Shown: piece by piece, positions 11,103 to 22,860 of the stretch
Position numbering within the stretch: the stretch's first letter is position 1
How the letters are laid out: every line of letters begins with the position of its first letter
Assembly: GCA_036172245.1 (NCBI GenBank)
Contig: JAYWIR010000110.1
Location: 62,001-126,000, forward strand
DNA length: 64,000 nucleotides
Origin: Raillietiella orientalis
Lineage: Eukaryota
Direction of reading: 5' to 3'
Translations under genes and position numbers: made by a program
The notes under the pieces: generated by a model
Database searches by the model: none
What the model saw: only the letters and a program-made list of their open reading frames with translations
What the model was told of the DNA's origin: nothing

Positions 11103-14100
11103 TTTCTCACTGTGGCTCGCCGGGGCGTTCATTTCATATGAATACAACATTAATAAATATATAAAATAAACCAGTTGGGGACCATGCCCACAACCGACGA
11201 AGGCACAAGTATCAATAGAACATTGCTAGCACGCAGCCCGAATTACACAGAACGGTTTGTGGGAACTGGAACAACAAAGCAACAAAAACAAAAGTAATCC
11301 ACGGGGGACGCGGTCACAAGTGTCTTTGGGATCGCACTGGTTCTCTTCGTGATAATAGTTATAACACCGGTTTTTTAGCAGAGTGAGCAAGGAAGGGGTA
11401 TGTGTGGGATTCAGGTCATAGTGGTCACCGGATTAAACCGTTCTCAAAAGTCTGTAATGAGACTAGCTGGCAGCGTTTTCCATGGATTCTGCTGCAATCC
11501 GGTGAGCCTTTCTTCGCTGGGCTGACAACTTTAGGGCGTAGCGGGCCTTCAGGATGGCGCGAATGCAACACATACTTGCTGCATTCGCGCCTACCAAAAA
11601 TCCATTCCTCCTGAAGAAGCACCGCAGCACATCAATGGCAGTGCCTCCCTGCGGCAGGATGGCTGCAATCAGCCTTCGCCACAGTTCACGAAGGTCACCG
11701 CAGTCCATCAAGAGGTGCGGAAAAGGCTCGATCTCACCGCACCTCAAACAGTTTGGTGGAGCAGCTCCCCCGGAAACGGTGCTTCGCTGCCGATTACAGT
11801 GGAAGCCCCAGTGTAAAAAGAGCAGCACGTCTTGTTTCCACATTAAGGGGAACACGGAGCTGTCCAAATATACGGTAGAGACCACTATCTCTTCGGAGGG
11901 TTCACTGAAATGTTGCTCCACCGAAGCAGGCGCATCGCTTGATTACGAGGAGTGGCGGTTTCCACCAGTTCCTTTGTCGTCCAGCAGCCGAGGAGCTTAC
12001 TGACTCCCGCTATTGAGCAGGAGAACACCCATTTCGCCGTTAGGCTACTGGCGTTGCTTGCCCTGAGGGCAGACAGCGCTGCGGCGAACGGTGTGGCGGC
12101 CAGACGATCCGAAATCTTCTTGTCCTGCATGACTTCGTCGATTGGATGACTGAGGAGAAGTCGCAGGCGCCGAAGATCGTTCGGGCGCGATCCTTCGGAA
12201 GCTGCCCACGATGGAAACGATTCCTGCCGCCATGCAATAATGTTCATTAGGCGGCAGAAGGTTTAACATTGGGCTTTCAGCAGTGAGGAGAGCTGCCTCA
12301 GCGGGAAGGCAAACCCTATTCTGGTCTGCCGAAAGTGGGGCAGCAACGAAAGCAGTCCCTCGCTTCCCGTGTAGCGCCTTAGTATAAGTCTTGCAAGTAA
12401 GCATCACTGCGTAAACCACAGCTTGGTACAGAGACGCAGCATTCGAAAATGCACCTGCAGCTCGATGGTTTTTCAGACTAGGATGCCCAAGCCTGCATCC
12501 TGACGCGGCCCCACCAAGTCGTTAAGTCTAACACGGGATCTTGCAGCGCTCCACAACGTTTTGCGTATAAGGCGCTGCGCCCAGACTTTGACTTCTTGGG
12601 AGGATGGACAAACATATAAACAAGGGGCGAAGGAGGGGGACAACGAAAGTGTTCCATATGCTGGCGCGTTCCGGCAAGACGAACTCTCCTCCTGAGAACG
12701 GACCAAGTGCACGCTCTGCTTTCCGAAGGCAGTAAGACTACACTTCTGAGATGCAGAAGTCGCCCAACGGCACGCCAAGGTTCCTTAGGTACCTGCCTGT
12801 GGGGATCCCCAGGCGCATCCAGTCGGACTGCCCCTCCCACGTCGCTCCAACCGGAACAACCATGCTCTTGCTAATGTTGACGCTCACGCCCGCACCGCGA
12901 CGGATCAACTCAAAGAAATCGTCAAGCGACGCCACCGCGGTGGACTGAGACTGTAGTGTGAATGTTTTTGTAGAAAAATTTTGAAAAACAAATTTACCCC
13001 ACCCCTTGTGGGACTTGGGGAAACTTGCCGAGTAGGAGAAGGGGCGGATGCATGCAGTGTGTTTTTGCGCAGCACGCCGCGGCTTGGTACAAGTTTCGTA
13101 GCCGCCGCAGAGACCCCTACGTTGCATTGGGGGTTTGCCGGTTTGGGAAGGCATAGCGGGTTGGAGCTGGAAGTCTCCGCCCTGTGGCGATCTTCTTGCT
13201 CACCTACCTTTCCTACCGAGGTTTTTCGGGTATTTCCCGGTTGCTGGATTGGAGTGGTGTTTCCCAGTACGGCAGCGAGGGTGGGCACGGCACGCGTCGA
13301 AGCCTCGCGCAACTGTTTAATTGGCTTCCCCACCGCGATTTCTCCCTTTTATGGCGTTGCGGGCGGGGACGCCTTTTGTATTGCTGCGTATTGCTTGGCG
13401 CTTTTGCCAAGACTCCGCGGAAACTGCTTTCTCTTGGGGGCAGCGGCCTTTCGTACGTTGGTCTCTTGAACGCGACGAACTTCCGCTGCTGCATTTTTCT
13501 GTGCAAGGACCTGTTACCTTTTTATTTCGTGCCCGCTTCCTTTGCAATAGCGACATTCCGAGGTGGCACATTCGTTCATTCGGTGTCCCTCCTTGGCGCA
13601 CTGCTCGCACGCGCGTTTCTGCCCTATGAACCACAGGTGAACGACCGTACCGTTCACCTGCTGCTGCTCGGGCACAATACGCCTGTTCACGACGATGATC
13701 CGCGCGGAGGCTTGTCCAATGTGGTCAGAGGGGAAATCCTTTAGAGGATTTGGCCTTCTCCACAGAGGGTGCACGGTGGCGAACTTCGCCAGCACACTTA
13801 CGACATCGGGGTCGGAGATTTCCGGCTCGATGTCGCACAATTGGGCGACAAACGAGTCGTCCATCACGGAAGGCAGGACTTCCTTGCCACCGATGGACAA
13901 CGGAGTACGGAGAAGACGCTGCACAAGTGCTTCGTTTTTGAACCATATCTTTGTGGATTCCATCCTGCTCCCAGGCATGATGGCAAGGGGCTCCTCCTCC
14001 CGAACGCCGATCCGGACGAGAAATCGTTGAGCTCACGCCCTGTCCCATCGTTAAGGAGCCCACTGACCTTATAACGGTGTGGGGACATGTAGCCGGATGC

Positions 14101-14371
14101 CACATAAACCTGCAACTTCGCATCGCAGGGTCCTGCTCCCTGGGAGGTGACGGCGGCGTAGTACCTCACCGAAGGCGAGGAAACCGTCACGGAGGATGCG
14201 GCCGCTTCCATTCCAATTGAATTGGATTCAACGGCTGTCTCCTCCACACCATTCTTAGAGGTGGCCATGCTGCACAACGCTGCTTGGTCCACTTCCAAGA
14301 AACACACAAGTGCAAGCGAAAACGCACGCACAAAGAGGCTCGATAGCGGACGCGGAAAGACGCGAAAACAC
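11103..14371 (-). mobile_element. L1/Tx1-like non-LTR retrotransposon, both ends present, large internal deletion (element C)
   Basis: ORF1 remnant from ATG 14268 with zinc knuckles CEQCAKEGHRMNEC and CRYCKGSGH. It is joined at about 12955 directly to late RT (SLDDFFEL...VNISKS...GRYLRNLGVPLG) and the C-terminal CLRCGEIEPFPHLLMDC. 3' terminal motif at 11103-11133. Confidence 0.88.
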
Positions 14372-14490
14372 GTCTGCACTGTACGAGCGCAGGAGATCGG
14401 TGTCATCAACTTGTAAGTTATCTATTTCTACTTGTATCCTACGAGATTCAACGTGCGGCAGAAGTCCATTCACATCTGAAAGGCAGCGAT

Positions 14491-14850
14491 GATACATATG
14501 TACATATATATAAATATCTATGTACAAATGCATATGAATATGTATAATTATATTTAACATCTTTAATTATACATACATGTTCTATATAATGTAAGAAAAA
14601 AATATTTAAGTACATAAATTATTCATTATAATAAAATATTAATTTCATACCTGAGATATAATGTAATAGTTATATTAGGTTTTCAGAGTAAACAGAATAT
14701 TCTTTGATTTATAGTTTACTTCAAATGTTTTATATAACAATCATTTATTGTTATTATTATCAAATATATTATCCTCAGTTAGTATGATAAAACTAATTCC
14801 TAAAATATTTTTAATTTTAAAAAAAATGAATTCAGATTCATTTTTCATAA
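14491..14850. other. Probable mitochondrial control/AT-rich region fragment
   Basis: Extremely AT-rich with TA(CA) runs and a perfect hairpin AAAAATGAAT-TCAG-ATTCATTTTT (14822-14845), lying upstream of trnV and 12S. Confidence 0.55.
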
Positions 14851-14903
14851 AAAGAAATAGTTTAATGAATATTTTGTTTACATCAAAAAGGAAAATTTCT
14901 TTA
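14851..14903 (+). tRNA. trnV: Mitochondrial tRNA-Val(TAC), T-armless (NUMT copy 2)
   Basis: Acceptor AAAGAAA/TTTCTTT, TAGTTTAATGAAT D-arm, anticodon arm TTTTG-TTTACAT-CAAAA, no T arm. Confidence 0.78.
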
Positions 14904-15632
14904 TTTATACTAATATGACCGAAATTAAATTTAGGATTGAATTATGCTTTACGTTAAAGGCTATTAGTAATAATTTTTGCATGAGGTTTAGTGTTAATTC
15001 GAATAATAAGGTATATAGAAATTTTAAAAGCAGATACATAGTATTTAATTTTAATTATAAAAAGGATTTGAATTAGTAAGGATTTAATGTTTTATGAATA
15101 TACGTGCGAGCAATAGCGGTTAAACGTGAAAGTTAAATTAACATTAATGTTTTATTAATTTAATATGAGAATTTTGGTTCGATAGGAGGTTATTGGTTTT
15201 AGATGAGCTATTATTAATGAAGTAGAATTAGGTACTCTAATATAAATAGTGGATATTAAAAAATAGAGAAGGGCACATATATGAATTGGTTGTAATGAGT
15301 ATTATTAGAGGAGTTTGCTTAGTATACGATAATCCGCGAGGAACTTACTTTTTTTAGTGTTTGTATACCGTTGATTCGATTATTTAAGAGTAATTAATTT
15401 TCTAAATAGATTGTAATTAAGAGTTCTAATCAACATGCAGCATAAAAAAGAATGATTTGTGTACTACGTTATCTTAAATTTGGATCTGTTGAATTGAAAT
15501 AGGATTTAATTGTAAATTTGTTTAAGAAGAGCAAGTTGAATTTAACAGTCATTAAATACAAATCGCCCGTCGCTCTGATATAATATGAGATAAGTCGTAA
15601 CATAGTAGATGTACCGGAAGATGTATCTAGGC
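14904..15632 (+). rRNA. rrnS: Mitochondrial 12S rRNA (NUMT copy 2)
   Basis: GTGCGAGCAATAGCGGTTAAAC (530-loop-like), AATTAGGTACTCTAATAT, GAGGAGTTTGC, AAATCGCCCGTCGCTC, TAAGTCGTAACATAGTAG. Confidence 0.9.
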
Positions 15633-15699
15633 AAATGGGTTATTTACTAGTAGAAGTAAAGATTGGCTTGATGTTGATAATTATTTAAAATTTCGTTAA

Positions 15700-16810
15700 G
15701 TTTGAGTATGAGATTATTAGTAAGAAATTTTATTTTATAATGATAGTGAAATGTACTGAATACGACTGTCAATTAATAGTGATAAAGTATTAAAATTAAT
15801 TACCTTTTGTATCAGAGTGGAATCAATTGAAAATTTATATTTAATGTTTGAATGTTAATGAGTTAAATAAAATGATTGTTGTATGTAACAAAATATAGCG
15901 GAATTTTATTTAGGGGTGATATGCTGACAAATTAATAGTTCTAATTATTAGTAAGTAAAAATTGGGGATAAACTTAATTTATTTATAAATATAATAATAG
16001 GTATAAATTAGGAGCATTGAAGTAGCTATTACAAAGTTTTAATACTAAGTTAATGTTGATTTTTAAAGTAGTATGGTAATGTAATGTAATTATTAATAAC
16101 TTATGTGAAATACTGTTTCAATTGGTAACATCTTAGGTAAGATTAAATTGTGAAGTGAGAATATTATAAGGAATTCGGCAAAAATTTGTTTCAACTATTT
16201 CTTAAAAACATTTCCTTATGAATAATGTAAGGTATACACTGCCCGGTGTATAATAAACAGCTGCAGTATATTGACTGTACTAAGGTAGCATACTAGTTAG
16301 TTATTTCATTGATAACCTGAATGAAAGATTGTATTAAGCAAGACTGTCTTATTTTGTGTATTTGAATTTATTGTTATAGTGAAAAATCTATACTGAATTT
16401 AGGGGACGAGAAGACCCTTCAGAACTAGTGTCTCTGAATAGATTGAAAATGTGGTAGTGAAATGAGATTTTGATGAGATGTTATCTGGGGCGGATAATGA
16501 AGAATTTATCTTCATGATTCAAAATTTATATATTAAGTAATATTGATCTTGAAATGAAGAAAAAGTTACCTCAGGGATAAAAGCGTCATTTTCATGGAGA
16601 GTTCTAATTGATATGAAATTTTGCGACCTCGATGTTGAATTAGGCATCTATAAGACGAAGAAGGTTTATAGCAGCAGTCTGTTCGACTGAAAATCCTACA
16701 TGATTTGAATTTAGATCGGCGTAACCCAGATTGGTTTACATCTTTAAATTATAACGTGTTTTGTTAGTACGAAAGAATTGGAAAGTTAAAATATTTTTTG
16801 GGTAAAGGAA
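15700..16810 (+). rRNA. rrnL: Mitochondrial 16S rRNA (NUMT copy 2); ends approximate
   Basis: Includes domain V motifs GGGACGAGAAGACCCT, CTGGGGCGG, AAGTTACCTCAGGGATAA, TTGCGACCTCGATGTTGAATTA, GTCTGTTCGACT. Confidence 0.93.
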
Positions 16811-16902
16811 AATTTTAATATTCATGATTTAAAGAATTCTTTGAGTAGTTAGACTTTCTTAGAAATAATCATTGGAAATTTCAGATATTTTGAAAGTTGA
16901 AC

Positions 16903-17779
16903 GTGTTAATGATCATTCAGAGAATATTTGCGATGTTACTGGTATTGGTTAGTGTGTCTTTCGTGACTTTGGTTGAGCCTAAGGTTTTAGGAGTACAATG
17001 ACTCGAGAGGCCGGGTAAAGTAGGGGTTGGTATTTTTCAGCCTATTGTTGATGGTTAAAACTGTTGAATAAGGAACATTATGATGTAATGGGTAGAAATA
17101 GAGTTGGTTATAAGTTGGGTCCGTTGATTATGGAGTCAGTGATGGTAGGAATGTGAGTGATTTATCCTAGAAGTCTGGGATTGGTGGGGGAAATCATAGG
17201 TTTACTGTTGTTTGTGTGTTATTTAACAGTTAGGATATGTGGAGAATTAATGGGTGGCTGAGCTAGTAATAGGAAATATAGGTATGTTGGTGTGGTGCGT
17301 TCAGTAGCTCAGATGATTTCTTATGAAGTATGTATGATTGTTGTATTAATGGGTATAGTAGTATATTTGGGTGGATATGAATTAGATGTGGAGGTAGAGA
17401 GCTGGTTAGTGTTTTGTAGGGCGGGTGGATTAATTGTATGGATTGTTGAATGTTTAGTAGAAGTTAATCTTTTACCGTATGATTTTCTGGAAAGTGAATC
17501 TGAGTTGGTGTCTGGATATAATGCGGAGTATGGTGGTATATTGTTTGCTTTTTTTATTTTTGTCGGAATATGGATTTATCGTTTATTGAAGGTTGAATAC
17601 AAGATTTTAATTTTTAGGAGGTTGTTATATGGTGAGAATCAAAACTTTATTTGTAATGTATGTGATTATTTGATTCCGATGTGTATTGCCTCGTTATCGT
17701 TTTCATAAGTAGATATATCTGTGTTGGGGTGTTTTATTATATTGTGTGTTTTATTCCTTACTGTCGGGAGGGAAAGTAG
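16903..17779 (+). pseudogene. nad1: NADH dehydrogenase subunit 1 pseudogene (NUMT copy 2)
   Basis: VSFVTLVE.KVLG, IFQPIVDG, GWASNSKY, RSVAQMISYEV, PYDFLESESELVSGYNAEYGG. Contains frameshifts. Confidence 0.95.
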
Positions 17780-17836
17780 CGATGGGAAGAATGAATGGGT
17801 ATGATTTGATGGGAAGAATGGGGGGGTATGTGATGT

Positions 17837-17890
17837 CAAAAATTAGTTTATGAGAATAGTAATTTTGGGTGTTAAAGGATTATGTCTTGA
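17837..17890 (+). tRNA. trnP: Mitochondrial tRNA-Pro(TGG), T-armless (NUMT copy 2)
   Basis: Paralog of 2134-2187, anticodon loop TTTGGGT. Confidence 0.65.
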
Positions 17891-17901
17891 TGAAAGGTTA
17901 T

Positions 17902-17957
17902 TGCATTTTATTTTTTTTTGATTTACAAAATCAATGTTTCAATTAAACTATGAAGGC
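17902..17957 (-). tRNA. trnT: Mitochondrial tRNA-Thr(TGT), T-armless (NUMT copy 2)
   Basis: Minus strand anticodon arm TTGAT-TTTGTAA-ATCAA, D-arm TAGTTTAATTGAAAC. Confidence 0.75.
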
Positions 17958-20900
17958 TGGGATTATGGATAGAGAATAATGGAGAGAGATAATGATTAAG
18001 TGACTGATGCTCTTTGTTCATGGGTACCTTGGCTGTTGGGTATTTTCGAGTTCTTGATGTGCAAAGGATGAAGAATGAGGATTTTGACAATGGTAATCCT
18101 TCCCCTGCCAGTTTGCTTACCAGTCGCTGCGCCTCTTCAAGTTGCATGTGTATGACCCGTGATCCATGTAGACAGAAGTCTTCGTGGGGATACAATGACC
18201 ACCGCGATGTGGTCTTACGTGAATGTACGTTGGCACTGTGCCTTGACGATGTATTTTCCCTCCGCGCAACTTGCTCCTTTTGCTCATGGTCAGAAGCAGT
18301 GAGCATTGCCGTATGCATAGCTACAGTTGACGCACGTATGCAGGGAACGCGTTTCATGCTGTCCTAGAGAATAGCGGTTGGTTATTTGCCTTGGTTCTCG
18401 CTTTCAGAAATGATCATAGCTTACGTGTGGTACTCGAGAATGTCAACAAGAATTGCATACCTCCAATACACATTCTTCGTTCCACATTTCACTATTTGCA
18501 GATTTGAACTTTTCTCTGCACTTGATTGTAGCCTGCATAACCTCGTGTTCTTGAGAAACACACTCGGATGCATATTCCATCGAGATCAGGCGCTCTTCTG
18601 GGATTGGACGTTTCACGGAAAGCAAGCAGCGGATTCAGAATCTGTTCTGCAGCACGCACTTGGTCTCGTGCCTCTCGGGCGTAAATGGCAACGCTTTAGA
18701 CTATCTGGAGAAACCAAATTGTGAGTTGCGGCTCTGCACGGTTCACTTGTTTCGAGATGCTCATACCGTTTGCGACGGCAACTGTCATTCGCATCGTGAT
18801 GCTTGTGACGGAGGTGTCAAACCTCAGTTAGCTTAGACGCTGAAGATGCAGGTGTTCTCTAGCAAAAGTGGAACCTCCGGACGGATTTTGCTTCCAGAAG
18901 CCCCCAACAATTTGTTGGGTCTAATAGTCGCAAGCGGTCTCTGAGTAAATTGGTGTGCTGCCATCGTCGTTTCGAAGTAGATGCTGTGGAAAAGTGGGAA
19001 CATTCTGTAGAGCCTTCCTATTACGTTGCGATCCGCCATCGCATACACGTGCTGTTACTTTCACGGCGGGTCCCTGTACGTAACCGAACAAAAGGCACGC
19101 TTAAACCAAGTCACTTGAGAGTTTTCACACGCAAGAACATGATGCGAACCAACTCCGCTCTTTCCACGTACTTGAGTTGCTCTCCAGATATCCGTCAACC
19201 TGTTGCCGAGATGAAGAAGTGTGGAAATAAGGCGCTCCGCGGATGCAAAACGCAATCTTTTGGGAGCATAGATACAACCCGGCAATTAAGGAAGCCACCA
19301 ACCGCAATGTCTCATGCAAGTTTCTTCGACATTGGAACACGCCGCTCGCAAACTCTCTATTGGACGTTAAGGGTCTTCCAAAGTGCTTGATTTGCGCCAT
19401 CCATCCCTCGAATTGGCGCTATTTCTGTCTGGTTGATAGCAGGCTACTAGTGACGATATGATTTTCACTCGCGGACTATCTAACCAACAGCCTATTATCA
19501 TCAGCTTGAATACATATGGAGGAACGAATGTGTCAATACTTTACGGTCCTTTTCTTTCTACCAGTACTTTCACGGTTCTTGATTGCTGCAAAGCAACTTA
19601 CGTGCCTTCGATTACAAATGAACTCAAAATTCCATGTACCAAGTGCGATAATGGACTTGATCTTTTGCTGATCAAAGTCGATGGAACTCAAGACACGAGT
19701 TCGATGCTCAGATGCATTTTTTCATATCAACGGATTCTTTCTGCTAAATAGTGGTTGCGTCCATTTCTTTGTACCCCTGCGTTCAGCTGTGCATATTGAC
19801 GTTTTTGCACCATGGCGGTTTTTCCACCGTGAATACGGATAATCTGTCGCTTTGCATTCTGACGAAAACTGCGGTCTCTCATGAGCACCTAATGGAATCC
19901 TAGTCGGCGATTTTCCCTCAGTTTTCTACAACAGATGCAAGGTTCGCATCATCGGACGGTTGCTGCGCGATTCGTAAGCGGCCTGGTCACAAACATCCTC
20001 AAGTGTCTAAACCCTTACTTGAAAGAACTTTTCTTAGTAAAAATCTAGATGTTCCGAGTAACCACCTGCTGATTTCTGAGGATCCCTTTTCCAGGTTTGT
20101 AGGCGGACTGCAGGTGATGAACATTCTCGATTCACATGAATTCGCGATAAGCAATATGACAAATCTCTCCCCTGCGCGCCTGTAACACTAGATTTTCTGT
20201 TTTGTTTTCCATGTGGTGACAGTCTTCACTTTCTATCTTTGTTTTTGGTAAGCCTCTCTAATCCTAGAGTTTGCCTATTCTGTTCGTTTTTTTTGTTCTC
20301 CAGTTTTCTTTGTTTTCGTTCGTGGAATGTGCCTCATAAGCCGGTCGCTTGCCGCAAGGCGCACATGGCCGTTTTCAACACAGTGTTTTGTTACCACCCT
20401 TACCGCTTAAGGCAAGGGGCGATGTTTTCTCTAAGATTGGGCACACCAGAAGGAGCTATATATGTGAATCGAGAAAGGTCTCGAATTCCGTTCCTCTCTC
20501 ACCCTAGGGGATCTCACCTCCCACCCTAGTTGTCTCGTACCTCTTTCTCTCGTAACGCTCCCTCCCTCCCCAATGGGCATGGCTGTCCTCTCCTTTTTAA
20601 ATTCTCTGATTTAAACTTCTTCAAAGGCTCATCACCCTTGCGTGGGGTGGTGCTCTCCATTTCAACTTCTCCGATGGGAACCCGGAAACACTCACCTTGG
20701 GAGAATTTCTTCTAAGGAGGGAAATCGCAATGGAACCGTTCCTGTTTACTCTTCTGAAGAGAACCCCGAAAGCATGCTTCAGAAACTCAGGAGCGGCTCG
20801 GCGCTTTCTTGTAGGTACTCGCTCTCGCTTCGTTCCTTGTGCACTCGGTGGAGACGCGACGAATCGGTGGCTACCTCCCCTGCTGAGCGGAATCTGCTCC

Positions 20901-21708
20901 ATCGAACAACTAGGGAGAGAATCCAGCGAGGGCTCCTGCTCCATGTTCCTTCTCTTGCTCTTTGTGAAGAGCATGATTGGAAGGGTATCACCGCTGAGGG
21001 CGGTCCGCTTCAGCTAACAACTAGGAGAGGAGCCCTTGCGTGCTCTTGCTCCAGTTTCCTTACATTGCACTCTGAAATGAGGCGATGAATCGGATTTGAC
21101 CCCCGCTAAAGGGTCTGCTGTCCGTTCTACCACCGGATGGGAAACTTCCCACTCCCTGGAATCGTGAAAGGACTCGAAGTTCGACTGCCATTGTTCCGGC
21201 CTTCATGAGGGGTCTCCGGCTTAAACGACCACCGATGCCTCGCCGGAATATCATCGGACAACCATCGCCATTGCAGGAGATACTCGGAACCCAACGACGC
21301 AGTTGCGTCATTTGCTGCCATAGTATTCGATCCCGCGACGCATGGTGCCACGCGCGGATGCCGTAACCACAAAGCCTTTATACTTATCTTTAACAGTAGC
21401 GTGCATCCCACTATCTCTCGGAATAAAACGTTAAAACAGTCATGAATTTGCATTCGCCTGGTCGAAACGCTTTAGTCGGAACTTTGTGAAGGATTCGCTT
21501 CCAATCATTTCACAATTCCTCCATTTAAAAATGAATTCAAGTGAATTCGGCAACAACTCAAATGGGAAAATTGCAAAATTCTGAAAGAAGAGTTCAATCG
21601 ATTTGCAGTGTGAATGCGGTCCGATGCTGCGACGAAACGAAACCTTCTCGTGGTAACTACGTAGCTAAACCCTACGTCGCGGCATTCAAGCAGCCACAAG
21701 AGACCCTC

Positions 21709-22860
21709 ATGGAGCGCCTTCTACAACGAGATCCCACATACGCGTTCGCGGTCGGAACGCGGAGGCGGGCACAGAGCTTCGTTCTCGGCGGCCCACAAGT
21801 GACTGAGATACAGCGTATGCGGCTCCTCAGCTGCTCGCCAGCGCGCAAGCGCGGTTCGCTGCCCGCGGAACACCGGTCGCGCCAACGTTACCTGCACTCA
21901 TATCCAGCAGAACATTGGTCTCGCTGCCTTGACGACACACATCATGGCATCGTCGTTTATAATTCTATTGGCGGAACATGAATTCGAATTTTCCAGCATT
22001 CGAGAAATACTTTCAGTATACGACGGACTGTGTTCTCTCTTGTCTCGCGTACTGCACGATTGCTGTTCATCGAACGTTTTCACAGCACGCAAAGCGGACC
22101 ATCGGGATCAATGATCGACCTGAGCCTCCAGCTGTGAGTACCGCCGTCCAAGAGGACCTCAGTCAGCAGTTGGGAGTGCGCGGCTAGTGGACCGCTGGCC
22201 GCCCTCGCTCACGTTGAACACTCCTGTCAGCGTTCGGCGGCTGATCGCGTCTGCGGATTGTGCCAGCGGGCAGACCGTGCGCGGGCGAACTTGCTTTTGA
22301 CGCCATTCGAACGCGGAAGAAGCCAAAGTTTCCGTGCAATGCTCGCCACCTGTTCACGGAAAATCGCCACAGCCTAGCCCACCTGTGTGACAGCTGAACT
22401 CCCTCCGCGTACCAAGGAAGTGGATTGATGTTTCTCTTTATGATTGTTTCTTCCAGGCATGCCGAAGAAATCAGCAAATCCTACGCTACGAAAGCAAACT
22501 AGGATCTATCTTCGCCTTCTACTCCAGAAGAGACGCTTCCTCCGCTGGTATTTCATACACCGCACGAAGCTGCACACCATCGTCGAGGTGCCCGAAGAAG
22601 AGCAAAGCGCGGAGCTGATAGAGCAACTTCTTGCGGGCTACGCCGTTCAGGAGCACCTGCATGAGGAGACACCTGCAATGCAGATGGAGCGGTACCAGGA
22701 GCACCTGCAGGAGCACTTAGCCGCACGGAAGCCGGATCAGCAGCAGCTGCTGTCTGGCGCCATGGACGCGCTCGCGTGCCGGCCGGAGCACGACCCCAAC
22801 GAAGCAGAACGGCGTCCACGCGGACGCTGCTCCACGCAGCACGGATCCTCTATCAATTGA
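21709..22860 (+). CDS. Paralog of the candidate two-exon gene (exon 1 21709-21814, intron 21815-22456, exon 2 22457-22860), about 169 aa
   Basis: GTATGC donor, TTTCTTCCAG acceptor, same phase and same 642-bp intron length as copy 1. No stops in the joined frame until TGA 22858-22860. Confidence 0.55.

Larger units (their letters stand above)
14491..17998 (+). other. NUMT copy 2 (about 3.5 kb, both junctions visible)
   Basis: AT-rich region, trnV, 12S, 16S, nad1, trnP and trnT between GC-richer nuclear flanks. nad1 is disabled. Confidence 0.93.

Noticed and set aside
11103..11113. TSD for LINE C (TCTCACTGT versus TCTGCACTGT at about 14373)
   Set aside because: The left sequence is part of the element's own 3' terminal motif, so it cannot be assigned to the target.
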